From IMG/VR virus record IMGVR_UViG_3300036791_000464, positions 1 to 60,600 of that record: a DNA stretch of 60,600 nucleotides, one strand, 5' to 3'. Of this stretch, positions 9,816-17,946 are shown piece by piece; position 1 is the first letter of the stretch, and each line of letters opens with the position of its first letter. The DNA is from a virus. Lineage: Duplodnaviria; Caudoviricetes. The position numbers were made by a program, and so were the translations under genes. The notes beneath the pieces were generated by a model. That model ran no database searches and was not told where the DNA came from. It saw nothing but the letters and a program-made list of their open reading frames with translations.

Positions 9816-10642
9816 TAGTTACGCTCCCTCCTTCTTGTTCTTCTTCTCGTTGTTCGTCCATTTGAAGGCCGACCAGCTTGAATCGCCTCCATCATCTCGG
9901 GAATGCTCGGGTTGATTATGTCGCCCGTCCCGAAGACTGAGCCACCGTCTGGCGTTTTTATTTGGCACTTAGCATACCAACTTTCGTTCGCGTTGGTGTG
10001 TAAGACTCTGACCTGTCGCTTCCGGCCACCGCGACCCTCGCGCTCCTCTATGGATCCATAGGCAACGATGTTCATCATACCCGCGATCTTCGCCGGCATC
10101 ATTTTCCCCTGGATCCAAGGCCACAGACATGACGGAGTTACACCATTATCGTATGGCTCCCACCAAAAAGCGTGAGCGGTGACACCAAGGTTTACAGTTC
10201 CTGCCCCGACGATATGTCGAACGTATTGACCGAGTCGCCAAAAGTTGACGCGGTACTCGCCGCGATCCGGGCCAAACTGTTCTCTGTCCTTCCGCGCGAG
10301 CGATCCTACTGGCCCCTTGCGGTCAAGTACGTTCTCATATACGTCATCAAGACCGATGTCTTGGAGCAGAGAGATGCTGTCAATCCACACCCAGTCCCAT
10401 TCGCCCTCGGGAAGATGTTGAACGTATTCAAGCGTCTCGAAAATCTCCTCCCAGTCTGAGACAATGATTTCCTGACAACCGGAGCCGATGATGGGGTCGA
10501 CATGATCGATGGGCGGTCGAACAATGAGCGTCTTGAACTCCTTGCCACCCGTTCCGATCAGGCTTGTTTTACCCCAGCCTATGTCTGCGTAGATCAGCAT
10601 AGAGAGCTTACTGCTTGCGCCTACGGGCTTGATATTCGGCAT
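9815..10642 (-). CDS. AAA_24/Sak4-like recombination ATPase
   Basis: LIYADIGWGKTS Walker A, VWIDSIS Walker B, TAH motif. Confidence 0.8.
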   Translation of the reverse strand: MPNIKPVGASSKLSMLIYADIGWGKTSLIGTGGKEFKTLIVRPPIDHVDPIIGSGCQEIIVSDWEEIFETLEYVQHLPEGEWDWVWIDSISLLQDIGLDDVYENVLDRKGPVGSLARKDREQFGPDRGEYRVNFWRLGQYVRHIVGAGTVNLGVTAHAFWWEPYDNGVTPSCLWPWIQGKMMPAKIAGMMNIVAYGSIEEREGRGGRKRQVRVLHTNANESWYAKCQIKTPDGGSVFGTGDIINPSIPEMMEAIQAGRPSNGRTTRRRTRRRERN

Positions 10643-10649
10643 CACTCTC

Positions 10650-10976
10650 CTATTTATCGTACGCTCTGTGGCATAGTTTACAAAGTTCCATGTAATCATC
10701 CAGGTCTCTACGGTATAGATGATCTACATTTGCCCACTCAGTGTACCCTTCTTGGCCGCAATGTTCACAGATCTCAGTTTTGGTCTTCTCTCTTCTCACC
10801 CAGTTGTGTAATCGCGAGTAAGAAATCTCGTCGCCTTTCCAACGAGGATTGACAGGCCCAGACAACTTCTTATTGCGACTGGCGTTATCATCTCTGATCG
10901 TACCACGCATATTGTGACCATGCTTGAATAATGTCAAAGTCTCTTCACCACAGCCGCATTTACATAGCCAGTTCAT
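10650..10976 (-). CDS. HNH-like endonuclease
   Basis: LCKCGCGE..F.HGHN N-terminus; CEHCG...MELCKLCH. Confidence 0.75.
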   Translation of the reverse strand: MNWLCKCGCGEETLTLFKHGHNMRGTIRDDNASRNKKLSGPVNPRWKGDEISYSRLHNWVRREKTKTEICEHCGQEGYTEWANVDHLYRRDLDDYMELCKLCHRAYDK

Positions 10977-12091
10977 TTGGTCTCGCCGGTGTAGATTTCG
11001 TGAGCCTCGTACGGCTGCCATCCCGTACTCCCTAGCTCGCGCATGGTCTGCCACTCCGCACCGATTCCGTGAAGTTCGCACATGTCGAAACACCAACATC
11101 CAGGGCAAGTAAACTGACCATTATTCTTGTAGGCGCTCTCGGGTGGCGCTCCATCCTCCTGTCTTCCCTCGGCGCGAACGCGCTCCATATCCGCGAACTC
11201 GGACAAGACCTGACGACGCGCAGCTTCGCGCTCTGCGAAATCGCGGTAAATCGTGGTGCGGGTGAAGTACGGCGCTGGCTGCTTTTTGGATACCGATCCA
11301 TCCTTGTTGAGCCGGAATCCGCCTTCATCGACCGGCCGCTCGTCCTTGAACGCCTTACGCAGATGGTTGTACAGCATACCGGCGGGGCGCTCGTTCTTCT
11401 TCAGCAATCCCCGTTCGTAGATGAAGTCGAGTCCCCAAGTCCAGTACGCGCTCGCTTGCGAGTCCAAACTAAGGTACATCACCTGGATCGAGGCGGCAGT
11501 TTTGTGGTCTACGATATGGAGCTTCTTAGTGACGCGGTTCCGCCAGATCCCGTCCATGATCCCGGTATACCAGAACCATGGTTCGTTGAATGAGGATCCC
11601 GCCGGGAATCCGGCGCTGGGCTTATAGACGAGTTGCTTGAACGGTACCTCGGTGACGAGCACTTCCCACTCATCGTCTTTACCGTAGTGCTCGATGTAGT
11701 GGTTGAGCATGGCCTCGCCGAGATCGCCCGCCTCTGCCCACTTCTCATCCGCCTCTAGGTCGTCAACCCGGAAGCCGAACTCACCCTGTCGTTTAGCTTC
11801 GGCCTCGTAGTGTTTGGCGAAGCTCTTAGCGGGATGCGGCCCGCGCCGGATCCCCTTGATGTAGTAGTCCGCGAGCGCGAGATGGATCAGTGAGCCGAAC
11901 CGAAGTGGCGGGATATCGGTCTTCGGCTTGAGAGTTTCCTCAAACTCCATCCACCACTTCCATCGACAGCGTTTGAACGTACCTCGCTCCGAAGTACGCA
12001 ACATGGGGAGACCGTCGCGCAGTTGACGGGCAACGACGGTCTCCCGATGATGCGCAAGATTCGCGCGGTGTCTAGTTCGAACGACTGTCAT
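10973..12091 (-). CDS. PD-(D/E)XK (RecB/Cas4-like) exonuclease
   Basis: FKRCRWKW, FGSLIH, GIMDG...IVDHKT, Q...Y, terminal Cys cluster. Confidence 0.85.
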   Translation of the reverse strand: MTVVRTRHRANLAHHRETVVARQLRDGLPMLRTSERGTFKRCRWKWWMEFEETLKPKTDIPPLRFGSLIHLALADYYIKGIRRGPHPAKSFAKHYEAEAKRQGEFGFRVDDLEADEKWAEAGDLGEAMLNHYIEHYGKDDEWEVLVTEVPFKQLVYKPSAGFPAGSSFNEPWFWYTGIMDGIWRNRVTKKLHIVDHKTAASIQVMYLSLDSQASAYWTWGLDFIYERGLLKKNERPAGMLYNHLRKAFKDERPVDEGGFRLNKDGSVSKKQPAPYFTRTTIYRDFAEREAARRQVLSEFADMERVRAEGRQEDGAPPESAYKNNGQFTCPGCWCFDMCELHGIGAEWQTMRELGSTGWQPYEAHEIYTGETK

Positions 12092-12252
12092 GGTGTCACT
12101 TTGTACCAGAGAACCGTGTTCTCTCCGGCCAGATACTTGCGGTATGTACCCGCTTTTCCTTCAAACTTACTAATCTGACTCGGCTTCAACTTGCCGAAAT
12201 GAACCTTCCCGCTCGCATCACACCAACGATCCTCTCCATCCTTTGAGGACAT
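12088..12252 (-). CDS. Small hypothetical protein
   Basis: GAAGGAGAG RBS before ATG; 4-bp overlap with the exonuclease start. Confidence 0.55.
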   Translation of the reverse strand: MSSKDGEDRWCDASGKVHFGKLKPSQISKFEGKAGTYRKYLAGENTVLWYKVTP

Positions 12253-12349
12253 GTACTCTCCTTCCTGTTGGGTTCCGTCTAACCCCCGGCGCTGCCGGTG
12301 CCCCATGTTTCGGAAGGAGACGATGGGACACCGGCGCGCCTCGGAGAGA

Positions 12350-12378
12350 AGCCTACCGGAAACCAAAGCCGCCGTCTA
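12350..12378 (-). promoter_or_regulatory. Sigma70/SigA-type promoter for the replication operon
   Basis: TAGACG-17 nt-TAGGCT; same -35 hexamer as the promoter at 16576-16604. Confidence 0.6.
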
Positions 12379-12607
12379 GGGCGAAAAAACCCGGAAATAG
12401 CGGGTTGTTTCGCGCATGACTGCGCCTACAGACTGGTTTGAGTTGGAGTTCAAGCCCCTACGCGCGCGAGGTATATTCCCGGCCGCGCGCGTGGTGCCCT
12501 CTTGCGAACCCTCCGGGTACGCGCATGCACGCGCGGACTCGGGCGCGCGAGAGAGGGATGGCAGTCCGGGCGCGAAAGATATCTCGCGCGAGGATTTGAG
12601 CGGGTTT

Positions 12608-12829
12608 TCATACGCAATCACATTCATCTTTACAATCTCTATCATGTGCATAATGACACTGATTACACATTTCGAGATAGTCTTCTATGTTGTGCGTATA
12701 GACATGCATTCGAATGTTTGCCCAGACGGTTTTTCCCTGCTCTCCGCATATTTTACATGTTCCTGTTTTTGGATAGTTATCACGCAGAAACTTATGAATA
12801 GCCTTGACTTTAGGATCAGTGGTTGGCAT
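12608..12829 (-). CDS. Minimal HNH-like protein
   Basis: TGTCKICG...TVWANI...DYLEMCNQCH; AT-rich island. Confidence 0.65.
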   Translation of the reverse strand: MPTTDPKVKAIHKFLRDNYPKTGTCKICGEQGKTVWANIRMHVYTHNIEDYLEMCNQCHYAHDRDCKDECDCV

Positions 12830-12889
12830 ATAAACCTCCATCGAGAGAGAGCGGTTTTCACACCGCTCTCTCTCATTAGGTACCCCATT

Positions 12890-13117
12890 TTATTCGTTGA
12901 ACCACGTTCCCATCGCCTTGAGTTCGGCGGAGCTTAGCTCTTCAGGCGCGTCTTCAGATGCGTCAACACGCCTTTTCTTACCCTTGTTCTCCTTCTCTTC
13001 CAGTTTCTCACGTGCTTGTTTCGCGTCTACGACGATCTTGCCGACCGCAGCCATCAGGCCGATTCCGGCTCCGAACATAAACGCGAGCACTCCCATTACT
13101 TGGATCAGAGTGTTCAT
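12890..13117 (-). CDS. Small membrane protein
   Basis: N-terminal hydrophobic helix and charged tail. Confidence 0.6.
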   Translation of the reverse strand: MNTLIQVMGVLAFMFGAGIGLMAAVGKIVVDAKQAREKLEEKENKGKKRRVDASEDAPEELSSAELKAMGTWFNE

Positions 13118-14934
13118 TTCGCTACTTTCTTGAGGATCTGGCGTCGCAGATCGAGCACGTTCTTGTTGATGTCGATCTTCTCGTCGTTGACGTCCTTGAT
13201 GTACTGTTCTATCGTGCCTTTGCTCCGATAGACGAGGGCCGTCACTTGATGATTTCTCGTCGTATCGACCGCACGATCAGTTACCTGAGTCTGGTCATCG
13301 GGGTTCCAAGTCTCATCGAGTATGTGAACATCAGTCGCTCGATTCAACGTGATCCCGACACCGGCCGCAGCAGTCACCAAGACCGCTACACGAACCTTAC
13401 CGGCCTGGAAATCAGCCATGATTCGGTTGCGATCCTTCATGTGAACTGCACCGGAGATGATCTCGCACGGGATCCCGTAGTTGTTCAGATGCCGGTAGAT
13501 CATCTCTGCGGTCTCGCGGAACTGGCTGGCGATAATCGCTTGCTCATCGCCATCCGGATCCTCCGGATCAATCCCGCGCTCTTCAAGGTTCTCAAGCAAA
13601 TACGGGATCTTGCCAGACTCTTCGGTAGCCTTGACCTTCATCTCGACATGGCCAGTTTCCTCATCTACATTCAGAACCTCGACCGAGCACATGTGGTTCG
13701 CGAACTGCTTGAGCCGTGTGTACTCAGCTAAGATCGAGGTAGCAGAGAGATGGTATTCATCGATGCGAACCTCAGCCGCAGCAGCGAACGTATCATATTG
13801 CTTCCGCTGTTTCGTCGTCATGTCGCACCAGACATCGATCCACTGCGTCTCAGGTAGTTGCGGCAGGACTTCTGAACGAAGCCGCCGAACCGCATGAGGT
13901 GCTAGAGCCTGGTAGAACGCATCTTCGCGACCGGGGATGATATTGCCGATGCTCTTGTACTGTCCCCAGGTGTTCTCGATTACCAGCCACTGATAAGCCC
14001 AACGCCACTTCGACGTGAACTTCTCAGGTTCTAGCCAATTGAGAGCGCCCCAGAGCTTGATCGGCTTACCACCCATCGGTGTACCGCTCAGAGCGTACTT
14101 CCGTTGAGCCTTGATCGAGCGAGCTACCTTTGGAAACTCATTCTTCGGCTCGGGCAATCCCGTCTTGTGGAACTCGTCGATAGTGAAAGAGTTCCACAAC
14201 TTGATCTTCGGGAAGTTGCCCAGTCTGATCATATGCGCAGTAGTGACGAACCAGAACGGCTTGCCATCCTTGAGACAGCGTTCCACGGTACGTTCCGCTT
14301 CTGCTTTCTCACGTTGCGTCAAGTCGCCTGAGAACGTCACTACTGTGTGATCAGTCCATCGCTCGATCTCCATCCGCCAGACGCTGTCAAGCGTAGACTT
14401 CGGCGCGACGACCAGGTGAGGGCCAATCTCCAAGTCAGACTCGTAGAGTGACCCGATCACCTCAGTCGTCTTGCCTAGTCTCGGCTCCAACAGATTCAGA
14501 CAGCTGGTTGTCGCCATGAACTTCACGTCGGCCCGCTGGTAGGGACGGAACCACTTAGCAAGCTTGGGGAGCTTCTTGTAGAGCTTCATCTCCTTCAGTG
14601 GCGAGTCGTCTGCCACCGCCAGAGTCTTCAACTCTGTCTCCTTCTTCACTTGCCTCCGACCCCACGCCTTGATTGCGTCTCCGAGTTGGAGTCCGTCTCC
14701 GAACTCTTCACGAAGTCGCCTCATGACGATGAGGTCGAGTGGTAGCGTCCAGAGCGGCCCGCCGTTCTGTGCATTGACGAACCTGGCTCCGAGAGGCTTT
14801 AGCCTGTTCATCGCCAGTACATGCTCTTCACTGTACCGGAAATGGACTCCGCAGCGCTCACCGTCTTCTGTGAGTTCCACGAATGCATCCATGATGTTAC
14901 CTGCGACGGTTGGTTGATCGCCGGGCGGTCTCAT
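13114..14934 (-). CDS. SNF2-family helicase
   Basis: RPYQ Q-motif, EPRLGKT, IDEFH, LSGTP, GVGITL, WNP...Q; start uncertain. Confidence 0.9.
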   Translation of the reverse strand: MRPPGDQPTVAGNIMDAFVELTEDGERCGVHFRYSEEHVLAMNRLKPLGARFVNAQNGGPLWTLPLDLIVMRRLREEFGDGLQLGDAIKAWGRRQVKKETELKTLAVADDSPLKEMKLYKKLPKLAKWFRPYQRADVKFMATTSCLNLLEPRLGKTTEVIGSLYESDLEIGPHLVVAPKSTLDSVWRMEIERWTDHTVVTFSGDLTQREKAEAERTVERCLKDGKPFWFVTTAHMIRLGNFPKIKLWNSFTIDEFHKTGLPEPKNEFPKVARSIKAQRKYALSGTPMGGKPIKLWGALNWLEPEKFTSKWRWAYQWLVIENTWGQYKSIGNIIPGREDAFYQALAPHAVRRLRSEVLPQLPETQWIDVWCDMTTKQRKQYDTFAAAAEVRIDEYHLSATSILAEYTRLKQFANHMCSVEVLNVDEETGHVEMKVKATEESGKIPYLLENLEERGIDPEDPDGDEQAIIASQFRETAEMIYRHLNNYGIPCEIISGAVHMKDRNRIMADFQAGKVRVAVLVTAAAGVGITLNRATDVHILDETWNPDDQTQVTDRAVDTTRNHQVTALVYRSKGTIEQYIKDVNDEKIDINKNVLDLRRQILKKVAK

Positions 14935-15214
14935 TACTTTTGCTTCTCTTTCTGCCTCTGTAGATTGCGTAGACCTCACATCCTCGCGAGACGAACTCCC
15001 AGTCATGTTCTGGTTCTGGGATGAGCACCTGGCGACGATGCAAGTTGGACTGGAGCTTATACGCCTGTGCTGGATTCTCACAAGTGTAGATCAGCGCCCA
15101 GTTACCAGGATTGCCAACGAGTGGCATGAGCTGGTTGGCCCATCGCCCCACCAATCCTTGTTTCGGTCTCGGTGGCTCGTTGACGAACTCTACTTTTTGT
15201 TCTGTGTCGTTCAT
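14897..15214 (-). CDS. Hypothetical protein
   Basis: AAGGAGGGTACTA-ATG RBS. Confidence 0.65.
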   Translation of the reverse strand: MNDTEQKVEFVNEPPRPKQGLVGRWANQLMPLVGNPGNWALIYTCENPAQAYKLQSNLHRRQVLIPEPEHDWEFVSRGCEVYAIYRGRKRSKSNETARRSTNRRR

Positions 15215-15241
15215 TAGTACCCTCCTTATCTTGACGGCCAA

Positions 15242-15410
15242 AAGCACGCTCGGAGTTGAACCGAGAATACCCATCGTGCTTGGAAGATTCGGGGGATCCG
15301 GGGAGGGTACCAGTCCACCCGGATCCCCCACGCCGGCAGCGCGTTATCGACTAACGGCGCGCGCCAGCGAGCTTTGTAGGAGCTTGCGTAATGGGATGCA
15401 AGCCTCTATC
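15242..15410 (-). ncRNA. Structured intergenic RNA: hairpins, anti-RBS loop hairpin and tRNA-like minihelix
   Basis: 7-bp stem with a canonical T-arm (15242-15281); 12-bp stem at 15291-15329; further hairpins up to 15410. Confidence 0.55.
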
Positions 15411-15992
15411 CTAGCCGATCTCCTTCCGCGCCGGTACTCGACCAGTGCGGAAGCAATAGGGACAGCTTCGTCCGACAATCACAATCGGTTTGATCTGCTG
15501 CTGCTTTTGAACTCTGAATGGTCTCATCCATTCTCTCTCTGCGACCAAAAACGGACGGTCACCTGTCGTTCCTGGACAGTCTTTGTAGCCGCATCGGACG
15601 ATCAAGAAGCCGGGAAAGTCTTGGCTCCTGGTCGCCTGGTACCGAGGCAGCTTGCTTACGAAGTCGTTCAAGGTACCCTCCTTGGTTTGAAGCCCGGTAT
15701 GGACTCCGACCGCCCAGACGCTACTCTGGACGGCCGCAGTTCATCTGCCGGTACGTCTTGGATCGTTCAGACGGATGTCAGCGGCGGCCAACGTTCTGTA
15801 CCCGCCTGGGTCTGTGTACACCTGAACAAGAGACTTCTGACGACGCAGGATGTAACCGTTCTTGTCGAACGTACCTGCGGGTAGAAGTTGCTTGAAGGAG
15901 ACACATATGAATGGCCCGATCACAAATGGTTCGAGACCTTCCATCTTGACGACAACCCAGATCCGGCGACCAGGGCGCAGCATGTCTTCCAC
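15411..15992 (-). CDS. Two small hypothetical genes (15411-15671, Cys-containing; 15741-15992)
   Basis: ORF track; GGAGGGTACC RBS before the TTG at 15671. Confidence 0.55.
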
Positions 15993-16033
15993 TGGCCCAT
16001 GGTCGCCGGTCTTGGCTGCCTCTACGACCGCCG

Positions 16034-16534
16034 TCAGGAAGGGTTGTTGCCCCTACCTGCCTGGCGCTGAGCGCGCGTGCGTGAACGACGGGGCGTGGCC
16101 GCTGCGGTTGCCCGCTTGCCAGTGGTCGTCTTCGATCCTGCCGGACGACCACGACCGCGCCGGGGCGTCTCCTCCTCATCGCCGTTGTCCTTCTTGCTGC
16201 GGACTCCGGAGATGACCGAGTTGGCTGCCGCCTCCTCACCGCCGAAGAGATCCTTGACGGTGGCGACGGACTCGCCAACGCGAGCCGCGATCAGTTCCCA
16301 GCGGTTGCCATCGACGTTGCGGAGCTTCTTCACGCTCGCCGCCGTTGCCGGCTGCTCGCTGTAGATTCCCGCATCGACCTGGGCACGCGCCCAGGGCATC
16401 GCGCCGATGTTGCCGACGGTGACGCCCAACTCGCGCGCCGCCTCGGACTGACCCATCCCAGACTTGGCCAACCTCACGAGCTTCTCGTGGGTGACCGGCT
16501 GGGTGTTCTCGGTGTTACGCCTGTTGCGAGGCAT
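16034..16534 (-). CDS. Putative DNA-binding regulator (HTH plus AT-hook-like basic tail)
   Basis: GMGQSEAARELGVT HTH-like segment; RRGRGRP; own promoter. Confidence 0.65.
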   Translation of the reverse strand: MPRNRRNTENTQPVTHEKLVRLAKSGMGQSEAARELGVTVGNIGAMPWARAQVDAGIYSEQPATAASVKKLRNVDGNRWELIAARVGESVATVKDLFGGEEAAANSVISGVRSKKDNGDEEETPRRGRGRPAGSKTTTGKRATAAATPRRSRTRAQRQAGRGNNPS

Positions 16535-16575
16535 AATGCTCCCTCCTATTACGGTTGATGGTACCCAGTACGCCG

Positions 16576-16604
16576 ATTATAGCGCATGGGGTGGTACCCG
16601 TCTA
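16576..16604 (-). promoter_or_regulatory. SigA-type promoter
   Basis: TAGACG-17 nt-TATAAT, with GGTACC in the spacer and again downstream. Confidence 0.7.
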
Positions 16605-16685
16605 GTCATGATTACCAGGGACTTTTGACGGTGGAGTCGTAATGACCTCCGTGCCCCCAGCCTTTTACCGCTGGGGACGCGCGGG

Positions 16686-16976
16686 TCACCGCAACCTAAT
16701 GCACTTGAAGTTCGGCTTGATCTTCGCGTTCAAGTAGACGCCGCTCGATTCCGAATACGCGCATCTGACTGCGCGTTGCCGGCTGACACCGACGTAGACG
16801 TAACGAGCGCCGCCTTTGAACTCGATGAACATCAGCGGTTGGCCGCCCTTTTCTGGCCAGCCGATGAATCGAATATTCGAGCTATCAATCATCCGGATGA
16901 CGCAAGGAACTATTCCTTCAGGAGTGGGGATGTCCAGCAGCTGAGTTTTAGGCCATCCATCTTTATTGAGAGGCAT
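16686..16976 (-). CDS. KTSC-domain protein
   Basis: DSSNIRFIGW...IEFKGGARYVYVGV...SSGVYLNAKIK. Confidence 0.75.
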   Translation of the reverse strand: MPLNKDGWPKTQLLDIPTPEGIVPCVIRMIDSSNIRFIGWPEKGGQPLMFIEFKGGARYVYVGVSRQRAVRCAYSESSGVYLNAKIKPNFKCIRLR

Positions 16977-17388
16977 CTCTCTGCTCTCTGTCGAGTTTAT
17001 CGTGACAAGGTTTGCAGACTTCGATCCAGTCAGTCGGATCTTCCCACCTGTACTCAAGAGAGAGATTGTGAAACTCAGTTCCTCGTCTCACTCTAGTTCT
17101 GAGATTGGGCAGACGAACTACTCTCGATGGTGGTGTCTTACCACAGCGTTCACAAGTTCCCGTATATGGCTTCAAATCTCTGAGACGTTTATGTTTCAGA
17201 TCATATCCGGGATCAGGATTCCATCGTGGACTCTTTTCGCCTTTCTTGTTCCACATTCCGTTTCCATCACCCTTGTTCGCTTTGCTAATGGCAGCGCGAG
17301 TTTCTGGCGATTGTTCTTTGCCCTTATGAGCCTCGCTCATTTTGCGACGATGCTCATCAGAGAACTTCTTTCCTTTGGGCCATGGCAT
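16963..17388 (-). CDS. NUMOD3 HNH-like endonuclease
   Basis: Two NUMOD3-like repeats (SDEHRRKMSEAHKG; SPETRAAISKANKG); CERCG...EVCKPCH. Confidence 0.75.
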   Translation of the reverse strand: MPWPKGKKFSDEHRRKMSEAHKGKEQSPETRAAISKANKGDGNGMWNKKGEKSPRWNPDPGYDLKHKRLRDLKPYTGTCERCGKTPPSRVVRLPNLRTRVRRGTEFHNLSLEYRWEDPTDWIEVCKPCHDKLDREQRDASQ

Positions 17389-17930
17389 TACTGATCGCCT
17401 CTGCACACTGGCCCTATTCCTAGTTGGCGAGAAGTCTCGTCAGTCAAAGTCCTGCCGCAGACATAGCAGCGGCCGATCTCGCGCCCGAACCTGGGGCCAG
17501 CATCCGGATCCGCTTTGATCGCGTCCAGGACACGCTTGATCTCCGAGATGTTACCAATCGGGTAACGAGTATCGGATGCCCACACATCGACGAACACCTT
17601 GGAGTGTCCGTTCTTGACGCTGTAGAACATCAGCGTGCCGTCATCCTTCTCGACGGCATAGCGTCCGTCTTCAACGCCAGCGAGCGCGACATTCGTCTTC
17701 TTCTTCCACGGCAACGCCACCAGCGTCTCGATGACAGTGCTGGCGCGCATCTTCGGAATAGTTGCGAAGTCGGCGGTTTGGAGCCAGTTCTGCTGCTCCT
17801 CGGTGAGAGAGTCAAGATCCTTACCTTGAGCAAGAGCATCGAGGTAAGCGACCTGCTTCTCATTAGCCAACGGGCCGGTGGTGGGCCGGAACTGCTCCGG
17901 AACCTCCGACCTTTTGGTCGTTCTAGGCAT
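17388..17930 (-). CDS. DUF6011-like zinc-finger protein
   Basis: C-terminal RCYVCGRTLTDETSRQLGIGPVC. Confidence 0.7.
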   Translation of the reverse strand: MPRTTKRSEVPEQFRPTTGPLANEKQVAYLDALAQGKDLDSLTEEQQNWLQTADFATIPKMRASTVIETLVALPWKKKTNVALAGVEDGRYAVEKDDGTLMFYSVKNGHSKVFVDVWASDTRYPIGNISEIKRVLDAIKADPDAGPRFGREIGRCYVCGRTLTDETSRQLGIGPVCRGDQ

Positions 17931-17946
17931 GGTACCCTCCTTGACT

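Noticed and set aside
10973-12091. Cas4 as evidence of CRISPR
   Set aside because: Stand-alone exonuclease in a typical exonuclease-Sak4-SSB recombination module.
15242-15281. Genuine tRNA gene
   Set aside because: No D arm or anticodon arm; only 40 nt.
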